Shown here piece after piece: positions 36,332 to 46,633 of a stretch of 50,610 nucleotides of DNA; positions within the stretch are counted from its first letter, which is position 1, and each line of letters opens with the position of its first letter. The stretch is taken from contig CAZVCG010000005.1 in the NCBI GenBank assembly GCA_964626265.1, forward strand, positions 14,651-65,260, in the 5' to 3' direction. The translations under genes and the position numbers were made by a program. A model generated the notes under the pieces. That model made no database searches. It saw only the letters and a program-made list of their open reading frames with translations, and was not told the DNA's origin. This DNA comes from an uncultured Rhodospirillaceae bacterium. GTDB taxonomy: Bacteria; Pseudomonadota; Alphaproteobacteria; UBA9219.

Positions 36332-38974
36332 TCATTTCGCCAAACTCTTCCGCGCAGCTTCGAGTTTTTTCACCATGCCTTCGGCTTCGGCTTTGCGGTC
36401 GCGGTGTTCCGTGACGACATCTTCCGGCGCGCCGTCGACAAAGCCCTTGTTGGCAAGCTTGGCTTCAAGCTTCTTGATCTCGGCCAGCCATTTTTCACTT
36501 TCCTTAGCGAGGCGTGCGCGTTCCTTGTCGAGATCGATAATATCGGCCAGCGGCAGCACGACGGTCGCTTCGTCGAGAACGGCTTGTGCCGAACCGGGGA
36601 GGATTTCTTTGGTTTGCGTTACGCTGGAAAGACGCGCGAGACGTTCGATGATCGGTTTGTACATTGCCAGGCGCGACATGCTGGCATCGTTCGCGTCTTT
36701 CATTTGCAACGGGATCTTCGCGCCCGCAGGGACGTTCAATTCGGCGCGGATTGTGCGGACAATCGAAATCAGGTGGATCACCCAGTTGATCTCGCTTTGC
36801 GCTTTTTCATGCGTAAGCGTATCCGGCAATTGCGGCCAGCTTTCCGTCATCAACAGCTTGCCGTGCGGCACGAACTGGCTCCACAATTCTTCGGTGATGT
36901 AGGGCATGAAGGGATGCAAAAGCTTGAGCATCTGCGCCATGACCCATGCCGTCGTTGCGCGGGTTTCGGTTTTCGCGGCTTCATCATTTCCGGCGAGAAT
37001 AGGTTTTGTGAATTCCAGATACCAGTCGCAGAACGTGTTCCAGACGAAGTCATAGATCGCCGATGACGACAAATCGAAACGGTATTGATCGAGCAGCGAC
37101 GTGATTTTATCGGCCACGTGCTTGGTTTCGCTGACGATCCAGCGGTTCACGGTGTGCTTGACCTGCGCCGGATCGAACGACGACATCCACGCGCATTCGT
37201 TCATTTGGCAGAAACGCGCGGCGTTCCAAAGCTTGGTGGCGAAGTTGCGGTTGCCTTCGATGCGCGCGGGGGCGAGGCGGATGTCGCGTCCCGGCGTCGA
37301 CATGTTGGCGAGCGTAAAGCGCAACGCGTCGCAGCCGTATTTCTCGATCATGTCCAAGGGGTCGATCACGTTGCCCTTGGTCTTCGACATCTTCTGGCCC
37401 TTTTCATCGCGCACGAGGGCGTGGATGTACACGTCGCGGAACGGCACATCCTTCATGAAATGCAGGCCCATCATCATCATGCGGGCGACCCAGAAAAAGA
37501 TGATGTCGAAGCCTGTGACGAGAACGTCGGTCGGGTAATATCGGTTCAGCTCCGGCGTTTGCTCAGGCCAGCCAAGCGTGGAGAAGGGCCACAGCGCGGA
37601 TGAAAACCAAGTGTCGAGCACGTCCTCGTCGCGTTTTAGCTCGACGTTCTTACCGTAATGCTTGTCGGCGTTGGCTTGCGCTTCGGCTTCGGTCTCGGCG
37701 ACGAAGTATTTGCCGTCGGGGCCGTACCACGCGGGGATCTGGTGGCCCCACCAAAGCTGGCGCGAAATGCACCACGGCTCGATGTTGCGCATCCAGGCAA
37801 AATAGGTGTTCTCCCATTGCTGGGGCACAAACCTCGTGCGGCCTTCTTCCACGGCCTTGATGGCGGGCTTCGCCAGCGTCACGGCGTCGCAATACCATTG
37901 CTCGGACAGCCATGGCTCGATCGGCACGGCGGAGCGGTCGCCGTGCGGGACGGTGTGGACATGTTTTTCGATCTTGTCGACGAGGCCGAGGGCTTCCATG
38001 TCGGCCACGATTTGCTTGCGCGCGGCGAAGCGTTCCATGCCTCGGTATTTCTCCGGCGCGTTTTCGTTCAGGTGTGCATGCTGGTCAAAGATGTTGATCA
38101 TCTCCAGCTTGTGGCGCTTGCCGACTTCGAAGTCGTTGAAGTCGTGCGCGGGCGTGACCTTCACCGCGCCCGTGCCTTTTTCTGGGTCAGCGTATTCATC
38201 GGGTATGATCGGAATGAGGCGGCCAACGAGCGGAAGGTTAACTTTCTTGCCGATCAGGTGTTTCAATTTTTCGTTTTCAGGATGCACGGCGACGGCCGTA
38301 TCGCCCAGCATCGTTTCAGGGCGCGTGGTGGCGACGATGATGTACTCGTCCGTGCCTTCAATTGGGTATTTGAAATGCCACAGGTTGCCCTTGATCTCGT
38401 GCATTTCGACTTCGAGGTCGGAAATGGCCGTCAGCATCTTGGGATCCCAGTTCACAAGGCGCTTGTCTTTGTAGATTAATTTTTCGCGGTAAAGCTGCAC
38501 GAACACTTTCGTCACGGCTTTGTTGAGGCCTTCGTCCATCGTAAAGCGTTCGCGCGACCAGTCAGGCGATGCGCCAAGACGGCGGAGCTGTTTTGTGATC
38601 GTGCCGCCGGACTCTTCTTTCCATTCCCACACTTTTTTCAGGAACGCTTCGCGGCCCATGTCGCGGCGGTTCATTTGTCTTTCCGCCAATTGCCGTTCCA
38701 CTACCATTTGCGTGGCGATGCCTGCGTGATCCGTGCCCGGCTGCCAGAGGGTGTCGTTTCCCTTCATGCGATGGTAACGGATCAGGACATCCTGAAGCGT
38801 GAATGTTAGCCCGTGGCCCATATGCAGGCTTCCCGTGACGTTGGGCGGGGGAATCATGATGCAATAGGGTTTAGCGCTGGATTTCGGATCGCATGCAAAA
38901 GCCCCGGATTGCTCCCATAGGGGATATAAGCGGCTCTCGGTAGCGGCCGGATTATAGTTTTTATCGATAGGCAT
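36332..38974 (-). CDS. valS: Valine--tRNA ligase
   Basis: 'PPPNVTGSLHMGH', 'KMSKT', C-terminal coiled coil. Confidence 0.98.
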   Translation of the reverse strand: MPIDKNYNPAATESRLYPLWEQSGAFACDPKSSAKPYCIMIPPPNVTGSLHMGHGLTFTLQDVLIRYHRMKGNDTLWQPGTDHAGIATQMVVERQLAERQMNRRDMGREAFLKKVWEWKEESGGTITKQLRRLGASPDWSRERFTMDEGLNKAVTKVFVQLYREKLIYKDKRLVNWDPKMLTAISDLEVEMHEIKGNLWHFKYPIEGTDEYIIVATTRPETMLGDTAVAVHPENEKLKHLIGKKVNLPLVGRLIPIIPDEYADPEKGTGAVKVTPAHDFNDFEVGKRHKLEMINIFDQHAHLNENAPEKYRGMERFAARKQIVADMEALGLVDKIEKHVHTVPHGDRSAVPIEPWLSEQWYCDAVTLAKPAIKAVEEGRTRFVPQQWENTYFAWMRNIEPWCISRQLWWGHQIPAWYGPDGKYFVAETEAEAQANADKHYGKNVELKRDEDVLDTWFSSALWPFSTLGWPEQTPELNRYYPTDVLVTGFDIIFFWVARMMMMGLHFMKDVPFRDVYIHALVRDEKGQKMSKTKGNVIDPLDMIEKYGCDALRFTLANMSTPGRDIRLAPARIEGNRNFATKLWNAARFCQMNECAWMSSFDPAQVKHTVNRWIVSETKHVADKITSLLDQYRFDLSSSAIYDFVWNTFCDWYLEFTKPILAGNDEAAKTETRATTAWVMAQMLKLLHPFMPYITEELWSQFVPHGKLLMTESWPQLPDTLTHEKAQSEINWVIHLISIVRTIRAELNVPAGAKIPLQMKDANDASMSRLAMYKPIIERLARLSSVTQTKEILPGSAQAVLDEATVVLPLADIIDLDKERARLAKESEKWLAEIKKLEAKLANKGFVDGAPEDVVTEHRDRKAEAEGMVKKLEAARKSLAK

Positions 38975-39064
38975 GGGGGTTAGACCTTAAAAAAGCTGTC
39001 GGTATACGTAATCTTAACGATAAAACCGGAAAATGCGCACAGCTGTCAAGGTTGAGAGGGGACA

Positions 39065-39475
39065 TTGCCCTACAGGGAGCCAACAAAAGCGGAAACGCAG
39101 GCTATTTTGGAAAAGGTCGGGTCGATCGCCATTATCGGGGCGAGCGACGACCCTTTTAAGCCCAGTCATGCCGTCATGCGCTTTTTGATCGAGGAAGGGT
39201 TTACCGTTTACCCTGTCAACCCTCGTTTGGCCGGAAAGAAACTGATGGGCGAGAAGGTTTACGCCTCTTTGGCCGAAATCAAGGATCCCATCGACATGGT
39301 CGATATCTTCCGCAATTCCGAGGAAGCGGGGACTTTCGTCGACGAAGCCATAAAAATAGGCGCCAAGGTCGTGTGGATGCAGCTTGGCGTGGTTAACGGT
39401 CTTGCGGCCGAACGCGCGCTGGCCGCAGGGCTCACGGTCGTGATGAACCGCTGTCCGAAGATTGAGCTGGCTTGA
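39065..39475 (+). CDS. CoA-binding protein (YccU family)
   Basis: 'IAIIGAS', 'YPVNP', 'DMVDIFR', 'VWMQLG', 'MNRCPKIE'; TTG start with a GAGGG SD. Confidence 0.9.
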   Translation: MPYREPTKAETQAILEKVGSIAIIGASDDPFKPSHAVMRFLIEEGFTVYPVNPRLAGKKLMGEKVYASLAEIKDPIDMVDIFRNSEEAGTFVDEAIKIGAKVVWMQLGVVNGLAAERALAAGLTVVMNRCPKIELA

Positions 39476-39510
39476 TTTGGGTAACGCGGAAACGTTAAGC
39501 GCGTTTTATG

Positions 39511-39708
39511 TTACCGGTCGTGCCGCCTAAACATATGAGCAATAGTGCCGAGAGGTACGATCGGCTCATCGCGGAATACGGGTTCGCCCTCACTATTCAC
39601 TCCATACCAATAAGCCGTTCCACGAAGGGTTGGGATTGGCGTACCTTTGACCAAAGGGCGGGTAGTTGAGACATTGCCACCATTCACTGATATATTCTTC
39701 TTCTCCAT
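39511..39708 (-). CDS. Small orphan protein (65 aa)
   Basis: GGAG SD before ATG at 39708; AT-rich upstream region. Confidence 0.45.
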   Translation of the reverse strand: MEKKNISVNGGNVSTTRPLVKGTPIPTLRGTAYWYGVNSEGEPVFRDEPIVPLGTIAHMFRRHDR

Positions 39709-39809
39709 AATGTTCTCCGTACGTGCTGCGAAAAAGTATTTCTGACTATTACGAAACGATAAATATATTTTTAGGTCAATAGATTCTATCAAACTAGAGG
39801 GGCATGAAA

Positions 39810-42800
39810 TTACGCCACGAACGGGTTTTTGGGGCCGTTGCCGCGCACAATCTGGCCGATTTCGCTGAGTTGTTGGTCGATGGGCATCGCTACGGCAGGG
39901 CGATTTTCGCGCCCCGCTTCTTCGATGCCCTCATCTTCGTGTTTATGATGTTCCTGCGCGATCATCAAAACGACGGCGGGGTGCACAAAGAGCGTGAACA
40001 GCGTACCGATGGTAAGGCCCGAGGCGATCACGAGACCCATGTTAAAGCGCGACAATGCGCCCGCGCCCGATGCCGTGATAAGCGGCACGACGCCCAACAC
40101 CATGGCCGCGGTGGTCATCAGAATGGGGCGCAGCCGTATGCCGGAGGCGTGAATGATGGCCTCTTTTTTCGACATGCCTTGCTCCATGAGCCGATTGGCG
40201 AACTCCGCGATCAAGATGCCGTGTTTGCTGATGAGTCCCATGAGCGTGACAAGCCCGACTTGCGTATAGATGTTGACGCTTGCGCCGCCGATGCCGAGCG
40301 TGATGAAGAGCAAGGCTCCCGATATGGCCATCGGCACGGAGATCAAAATCGTGATGGGATCGCGGAAACTTTCGAATTGCGCCGCGAGCGTCAAGAAGAT
40401 GATGATCAACGCGAACATGAACGTCACGACGAAACCGCTGGATTCCTGCACGAACTGGCGCGACTGGCCCGCGTAGTCGACGCCGAAGCCCTCGGGCAAC
40501 GTGCGCGCGGCCATTTCCTTGAGAGAATTCAGCGCGTCGCCCAGGGTGACCCCGGGGAACATGACGCCGGAGATGGTCGCGGCGTTCATTTGTTGAAACC
40601 GATTGAGCGTTTGGGGCGTCACTTTGGTTTTAATGTCGGCGATAGTGGACAGGGGCACTATGCCGCCCGATCCTGTGCGTATGTAATAGTTTTTGATCTG
40701 GTCGGCGTTCAGGCGATATTCTTGTTGGACTTGGGGGATGACCTTGTAGGACCTTCCGTAAAAACTGAAGTAGTTGACATATCCGCCGCCGAGCATGGCG
40801 CTGAGCGCGCTCCCGACATCGTTCATGGTCAGGCCGAGTTGAGCCGTCTTGTCGCGGTCGATGTCGACGGTTGCCTGCGGCAAATCGATTTTCAGGTCGG
40901 AGTCGAGAAAAAGGAACAGGCCGCTTTTGTTCGCTTCATCGAGCAGGTTTTTGGCGACATCGTCGATGCGCTCGAAAGGTTGCGTGGAGGTTATGACGAA
41001 CTGGACCGGCATGCCGCGGCTTCCGGGAAGGGGCGGCGGCTGAAAAGCCGCGGCGCGGACGCCCGGGAGGGAATTCAGGTCGTTCTGGACGAGGGGTTGA
41101 AGGACGTTTGAGGAGCGCTCGCGTTTGTCCCAGGGTTTGAGGACCATGCCGGCGATAGACTGGCCGGGAAGGTCTATCTGGAACACGTGTTCCGTTTCCT
41201 GATAGGCCGTCAAGAGCCTGTGGGTTTCTTGCGAATAGATCAATCTTTGCTGCAAGGTGGCGTTGGGCGCGGCCGACGAAAAAGCGATCACGACGCCTTG
41301 ATCCTCTTGAGGGGCGAGTTCCGTGCGCGAAGTCGTATAAAGGAAATAGACGCTTCCCAGAACGATCAGCGAAAAGACCACCGTGACGGGCAGGTAGTTA
41401 AAGCTTGCGCGTAAAAGGCTTTCATACTTTTTCTGGAGCTTGTCGAAGTCGCGATCGAGAAAATCCATGTAGAATTTTTGCCAACGGGGACGAGGCGTTC
41501 CCTTTGGCTGGAGAATGCGCGAACACATCATCGGCGTCAGCGTCAAGGCGATGATCGCGGAAATCGTAACCGCGCCGACCAAAGTGAAGGCGAATTCCGT
41601 GAAAAGGGCGCCAGTGAGGCCGGTCTGAAAGCCGATAGGGATATATACCGAAATCAAAACGACCGTCATTGCGATGATCGGCACGGCGAGCTCGCGCGCG
41701 GCGAGGATGGCGGATTCCGTGGGCGACAAGCCTTCTTCACGGTGGCGGTTGACGTTTTCGACCACGACGATGGCGTCGTCGACGACAAGGCCTATCGAGA
41801 GAACGAGGGCCAGCAGCGTGAGCAGGTTGATGGAAAACCCGAACGCCAGCATCATGAAGAACGTGCCGATAAGCGACAGAGGTATGGCGACGGCGGTGAT
41901 CAAAACGGAACGCGGCGACCCCAAAAAAGCGAAGACGACGGCGGTGACGATCAAAAGGGCCTCGATAAGGGTTCTGACGACCTCGTCGATGGAGCTTTTC
42001 ACAAACTTTGTAGAATCATACACGATTTGTCCGTTCAGGCTTTCCGGCAGCTCCTTTTGTATGTTCGGAAAAACCGAACGGATGTTCTTGACGACGGTCA
42101 GAAGGTTGGCGGACGGCGTGACCTTGATGCCGATGTAGACGGCCTTTTTGCCGTCGAATCCGACGCGGGATTCATAGTCTTCGGCCCCTAACGCGACGTT
42201 CGCGACGTCTTCGAGGCGTACGATGGCACCGTTTTGCTGTTTGACCACGAGCTTGCGGAATTCTTCCAGCGAACGCAGTCCGGTCGACGCGGTCAGGTTG
42301 ACCTGCACCATTTGTCCTTTGGTGTTGCCGAGGCCTGAGATGTAATCGTTTTTGGCAAGCGCCAGCGAGACGTCGGCGGCGGTGAGCCCGTAAGCGGCCA
42401 GCTTATCGGGGTTGAGCCATGCCCGCAGGGCGAAATTTTGCCCGCCGAGGATTTCCGCGGATTGCACGCCTTCGATGGCCTGCAATTTAGGCTGCACGAC
42501 GCGGACGAGGTAATCGGTGATGCTGTTTTGCGGCAACGAGTCGCTGTTGAAACCGAGGTACATCGCGGCCAGCGTTTGCCCGACCTCGACGTTTATCGTC
42601 GGCTGTTGCGAGCCGGGAGGCAGCTGATTCAATACCGAGTTGATCTTGGTGTTTATTTCCGTCAGCGCCTTGTTGTAGTCGTAGTTGAGGCGGAGCGTGG
42701 CCGTGATCGTGCTGACGCTGTTGCGGCTGGTCGAGGTGAGGTAGTCGATGCCGTTCGCCTGCGCGATGGCGTTCTCCAGAGGCGTCGTGATGAAGCCCGC

Positions 42801-42977
42801 CACGACATCGGCGTCTGCGCCGTAATAAACGGTGGTGACCGTGACAACGGCGTTTTCGGTGCGCGGAAACTGCAACACGGGCAATGAAAACACTGCACGC
42901 AGCCCCAGAACGAGGATGAGGAGGCTGACCACGGTCGCCAGAACGGGCCGGCGTATGAACAGATCGGTGAATTTCAT
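39810..42977 (-). CDS. RND efflux permease (MexI/MexW-like)
   Basis: 'FIRRPVLA', 'GLVVDDAIVVVEN', 'RLRPILMTT'. Confidence 0.95.
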   Translation of the reverse strand: MKFTDLFIRRPVLATVVSLLILVLGLRAVFSLPVLQFPRTENAVVTVTTVYYGADADVVAGFITTPLENAIAQANGIDYLTSTSRNSVSTITATLRLNYDYNKALTEINTKINSVLNQLPPGSQQPTINVEVGQTLAAMYLGFNSDSLPQNSITDYLVRVVQPKLQAIEGVQSAEILGGQNFALRAWLNPDKLAAYGLTAADVSLALAKNDYISGLGNTKGQMVQVNLTASTGLRSLEEFRKLVVKQQNGAIVRLEDVANVALGAEDYESRVGFDGKKAVYIGIKVTPSANLLTVVKNIRSVFPNIQKELPESLNGQIVYDSTKFVKSSIDEVVRTLIEALLIVTAVVFAFLGSPRSVLITAVAIPLSLIGTFFMMLAFGFSINLLTLLALVLSIGLVVDDAIVVVENVNRHREEGLSPTESAILAARELAVPIIAMTVVLISVYIPIGFQTGLTGALFTEFAFTLVGAVTISAIIALTLTPMMCSRILQPKGTPRPRWQKFYMDFLDRDFDKLQKKYESLLRASFNYLPVTVVFSLIVLGSVYFLYTTSRTELAPQEDQGVVIAFSSAAPNATLQQRLIYSQETHRLLTAYQETEHVFQIDLPGQSIAGMVLKPWDKRERSSNVLQPLVQNDLNSLPGVRAAAFQPPPLPGSRGMPVQFVITSTQPFERIDDVAKNLLDEANKSGLFLFLDSDLKIDLPQATVDIDRDKTAQLGLTMNDVGSALSAMLGGGYVNYFSFYGRSYKVIPQVQQEYRLNADQIKNYYIRTGSGGIVPLSTIADIKTKVTPQTLNRFQQMNAATISGVMFPGVTLGDALNSLKEMAARTLPEGFGVDYAGQSRQFVQESSGFVVTFMFALIIIFLTLAAQFESFRDPITILISVPMAISGALLFITLGIGGASVNIYTQVGLVTLMGLISKHGILIAEFANRLMEQGMSKKEAIIHASGIRLRPILMTTAAMVLGVVPLITASGAGALSRFNMGLVIASGLTIGTLFTLFVHPAVVLMIAQEHHKHEDEGIEEAGRENRPAVAMPIDQQLSEIGQIVRGNGPKNPFVA

Positions 42978-44110
42978 CAGTAATCCTTGGGTTTCGGATC
43001 CGCATCGTTCGTCGGTTGAATGGCGTTGTTGATCGTTATGGGCGAACCGTTGCGGAGCTTGAGCTGTCCCGCGGTAACGATTTCGTCGCCTTCCTTGACG
43101 CCGCCGAGGATGGCGACCTGGTCGCCGCGCGTGTCGCCCGTCGTCACGAAAACCTGTTTGGCGACCAGGGAAGGTTGCCCGCCGCCGTTCACGCTTTCCT
43201 CTTTCGCGACGACGTAAACGGTGTTGCCGTAAGGGTTATATGTAATCGCCGTTTGCGGCAACGTTACGTGTCTTTGCGTGTCGCCCGCGGCCACGGCGAC
43301 GTTGGCGAACATGCCCGGCAACAGGAGATGTTCAGGGTTTTTGAAGATTGCGCGGACAAGGATATTGCGGGTCGTTTGGTCGATTTTTGCGTTGACGGCC
43401 GAGATTTCGCCTTCAAAGGTCTTTTCGGGATAAGCGTCGACCTTGGCCGTAGCTTTCAGCCCCGTTTTGATTTGCGGTAGCGTTTGTTCGGGAAGAAAGA
43501 AATCAAGGTAGATCGGGTCAAGCTGTTGAAGCGTGACGACCGTCGTGCCGGGGTTCAGGTATTGTCCTACGTCGACCGACCGAATGCCGATGCGCCCGGA
43601 AAAGGGAGCGACAATGGTTTTCTTGCTGAGCAGGACGCGTTGAGCGTCGGCCTGGGCCTTGGCGGCGTCCAGCGCGGCTTTGTCGGCGTCGACGGCGGCT
43701 TGGCTGATGGCCTGGGCTTTAAGCTGTTTCTGGTCGCGCTCAAGCGTGAGTTCGGCAAGGCGGACCGAGGCTTCCAAAGCCTGAAGCTTGGCCACGTCGT
43801 CGCCGTCGCGCATGTGCAAAAGCACCTTGCCTTCTTCGACGTCGTCGCCGGATTCGAAGTTGATCGCATCGACAGTGCCGGCCACTTCCGGAGCCAGATC
43901 GGCGCCTTTCATGGCGCGCAAAGTGCCGACGGCCTTCAATTCCGGCTGCCAGTCCATAATTTTAGCCTTGATGGTCGATACGGTTTGCGGCGGATTGGCG
44001 GCGCCTTTCATGTGCTTCATCATCATTTTGTAGCCATAGGCCTTAAAGCCGAACACGCCGCCCAGCACGAGGCCGCATAACGCCAGCATGATGATCATGC
44101 GCTTTAACAT
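42977..44110 (-). CDS. RND periplasmic adaptor (MFP)
   Basis: 'APFSGRIG', 'GQYLNPG', 'LLPGMF'; ATG at 44110 with a GGAG SD. Confidence 0.93.
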   Translation of the reverse strand: MLKRMIIMLALCGLVLGGVFGFKAYGYKMMMKHMKGAANPPQTVSTIKAKIMDWQPELKAVGTLRAMKGADLAPEVAGTVDAINFESGDDVEEGKVLLHMRDGDDVAKLQALEASVRLAELTLERDQKQLKAQAISQAAVDADKAALDAAKAQADAQRVLLSKKTIVAPFSGRIGIRSVDVGQYLNPGTTVVTLQQLDPIYLDFFLPEQTLPQIKTGLKATAKVDAYPEKTFEGEISAVNAKIDQTTRNILVRAIFKNPEHLLLPGMFANVAVAAGDTQRHVTLPQTAITYNPYGNTVYVVAKEESVNGGGQPSLVAKQVFVTTGDTRGDQVAILGGVKEGDEIVTAGQLKLRNGSPITINNAIQPTNDADPKPKDY

Positions 44111-44132
44111 GAATTTTACTCCGTAAAATTTG

Positions 44133-44223
44133 GGTTCAGGGGTCAGCATTCAGGGTTCAGGGATTCTTTGTTTGCGGCGAGCTAACTTCTGATCCCTGAC
44201 CCCTGATCCCCGGCCCCTGATCT
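44133..44223. repeat. Inverted pair of heptamer tandem arrays
   Basis: Four GGnTCAG-like units at 44133-44160 face five CTGAnCC-like units at 44189-44223. Confidence 0.75.
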
Positions 44224-45695
44224 TTGTTCCACCATCCGCCGCCCAGGGCGACGAACAGCGCCGCCGTATCGGCAAAGCGGCGGGCCTGGGCCTGCACAAG
44301 GCCGATTTTCGTCTGCTCGTGCGTTTGCTCCGCCGTCAGCAGCGATAGATAACTGATCGCGCCGGCATTGAATTGCTCGCGCGCCAGCTTGAGGCTGTCC
44401 GCCGCCGCGCGCTCGGCGGCGACTTGGGCTCTCAAGGCTTCGGCGTCGAGCTCGAGCGCTCGAAGACTGTCAGCGACGTTTTGGAAGGCGGTCAAAACAG
44501 TGCTGCGATATTGGGCCGCGGCGCGATCAAGCGCGGCTTCGCTGGCCTTTTTCTTGTGAAGCAGCTCCCCTCCATGGAACAGGGGCTGGAGCAAGCCCGC
44601 GCCTATGTTCCATGCGGCGGCGCCGGGCGAGAACAGGTTGGCGAGTTGCACGGCGTTGACGCCGAAGCTTCCCGTCAGCGTAATCTGAGGCAGCATGTTG
44701 GCGGTGGCCACGCCGACTTCGGCGCTGGCGGCGTGAAGCTGGGCCGCCGCCGCCTGCACATCAGGGCGTTGTTCAACAAGTTGCGACGGCAAAGACAGCG
44801 GCAGACTTTCCGGCAGGCTCAGCTGGTCGAGGTCGAAGGCGGCGCCAAGCTCTTCGCTGGGGAACTGGCCTGCCAAAGCGGCAAGTTGATGGCGCGTTTG
44901 CGCCAGTTGTTTTTCAAGCGGAGGAAGCGTTGCCAGAGTCTGGGCCATCGATGCCTCTTGCGCGAGAACGGCGGCTTTGGCGACCGCGCCAAGTTCAAAT
45001 TGGCGCTTGAGAAGATTCAGTTGTTTGCGCTCGTCCTCTATGATTTCTTTCGTCGCGTTGATCTGCGCGCGTAGAGAAGCCTCCTGAATGGCGGCGGTCA
45101 CGACGTTTGAAGTCAGAGCGATATAAGCCGCATCACGCGCGTATTTCTGAACGTCCCTTTGCGCCTCGACGCTTTCAACCTGGCGGCGGATGCCGCCGAA
45201 AACGTCAAGCGGGTACGATACGCTGACCGAAGCATTGTAAAGCGAGAAGGAAGGCATGGATGAACCGGCCGCGGCGGTGCCTACGGTGGATGACTTTTTG
45301 CGCGACGTATTGAGGCTGCCGTCGATGCTGGGGAAGAAAGCGCCCTCGCTGGCCGCAAGGTTTTCCTGGGCTTCGCGTAAAGAGGCCTCGGCGGCTTGCA
45401 AGTCAGGGTTCGAGGCCAGGGCCTTGGCGATAAGCTTGTTCAATTGCTCGGAGCGAAACAAAGTCCACCACGCGCCGGGGATGTCTTCGCCGGGCTTGAA
45501 TGTCTGAACCGTGCCGCCGCGGGTGTCCGCGTCGGTCGTTTGGACAGGCAGGCCGTTGGGGTTGTACGCGTAAACATCCGGAGCGGCCGGTTTCTTGAAG
45601 TCAGGACCGACAGCGCAGCTCGATAGCAATGTCGCAGTCGCCAGCAGCAAGGCGGCGCGGGAAGGGCCGGACAGTTTGGAACGGCTTTGGGGCAT
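44157..45695 (-). CDS. Efflux outer-membrane factor lipoprotein (NodT family)
   Basis: Lipobox 'LSSC-AVGPDF', 'WWTLF', 'QRPDV', 'ALGGGW'. Confidence 0.95.
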   Translation of the reverse strand: MPQSRSKLSGPSRAALLLATATLLSSCAVGPDFKKPAAPDVYAYNPNGLPVQTTDADTRGGTVQTFKPGEDIPGAWWTLFRSEQLNKLIAKALASNPDLQAAEASLREAQENLAASEGAFFPSIDGSLNTSRKKSSTVGTAAAGSSMPSFSLYNASVSVSYPLDVFGGIRRQVESVEAQRDVQKYARDAAYIALTSNVVTAAIQEASLRAQINATKEIIEDERKQLNLLKRQFELGAVAKAAVLAQEASMAQTLATLPPLEKQLAQTRHQLAALAGQFPSEELGAAFDLDQLSLPESLPLSLPSQLVEQRPDVQAAAAQLHAASAEVGVATANMLPQITLTGSFGVNAVQLANLFSPGAAAWNIGAGLLQPLFHGGELLHKKKASEAALDRAAAQYRSTVLTAFQNVADSLRALELDAEALRAQVAAERAAADSLKLAREQFNAGAISYLSLLTAEQTHEQTKIGLVQAQARRFADTAALFVALGGGWWNKDQGPGIRGQGSEVSSPQTKNP

Positions 45696-45837
45696 GATGG
45701 ACACTCGAAACCTCAGTAAAAAGCGGCTGTTACAGGCCTCTGTTCACGTGCAGAATGTGATTAGAAACTCTCTGTGCGGGCAGAGATTTCTCTTAACACA
45801 TTGTTAAGAAGCTTTACAGAATCGTTAACAAGGACTA

Positions 45838-45861
45838 TACATTCATTCATGTTTGTATGTA
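45838..45861. promoter_or_regulatory. AcrR/TetR-type operator
   Basis: 24-bp imperfect palindrome TACATTCATT-CATG-TTTGTATGTA between the divergent tetR and efflux operon; resembles the E. coli AcrR site. Confidence 0.75.
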
Positions 45862-45923
45862 AACAGGTTTCGCTTCCACCCTCAGGAAATTGTTGTTGAT
45901 AAATAGAGCAGGATAATCCGCCG

Positions 45924-46547
45924 ATGGCACGTCGCACAAAAGATGAGGCAGAACAAACGCGTAGCGCCATTCTGGATGCGGCGGAGCTTGTTTTTTTCAA
46001 GCAAGGCGTGGTGCGGACGTCCCTGCAGCAGGTCGCCAGCGCGGCCAAGGTGACGCGCGGGGCCGTGTACTGGCATTTCCGCAATAAGATCGAACTTCTG
46101 AAAGCGATGGTGGAGCGTGTAGTCCTCCCTCAGGAGCACATTCTGGAACAGCTCGAGGCCAGCGATTCGCCCACCCCTCTCGACGATCTAAGCCGTGCGT
46201 GTTGCGAAGCCATGCGCCAGATGATTCATGACGCGCGTCGCCGCCGCGTTTTCACGATCTTGACGCAACGCTGCGAATATGTGGCGGATATGCAAGAGTT
46301 CATCAAAACGCGCCATGAGTTCAGGGAGCGCATGCAGACGCGCCTTATCCGTCTGTTCGAACGTGCGCAAAAACTCGATTTGCTGTCTCCATCATGGTCG
46401 CCGCGCATCGCGGCGTTGACTTTACATAGCCTTATGTACGGCCTCATCTCGAATTTGGTGATGGATTGTCCGGAGTGCCCAAGCCCTTCAATCGAAAAGA
46501 CCAATAACGCCTGCATCGCGGCGTTTTTCAAAGCTGTGGGCGTTTAG
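45924..46547 (+). CDS. TetR/AcrR-family repressor
   Basis: 'MARRTKDEAEQTR..ILDAA', 'VTRGAVYWHF.NK'. Confidence 0.95.
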   Translation: MARRTKDEAEQTRSAILDAAELVFFKQGVVRTSLQQVASAAKVTRGAVYWHFRNKIELLKAMVERVVLPQEHILEQLEASDSPTPLDDLSRACCEAMRQMIHDARRRRVFTILTQRCEYVADMQEFIKTRHEFRERMQTRLIRLFERAQKLDLLSPSWSPRIAALTLHSLMYGLISNLVMDCPECPSPSIEKTNNACIAAFFKAVGV

Positions 46548-46633
46548 GTCAACGTTCAACGCTTTGTCTTCCCTTGAACATCTTCTCCTTTTTACAAATC
46601 GCTTCGTTATAGTTAAAACCGTCGAAAAGAAAA

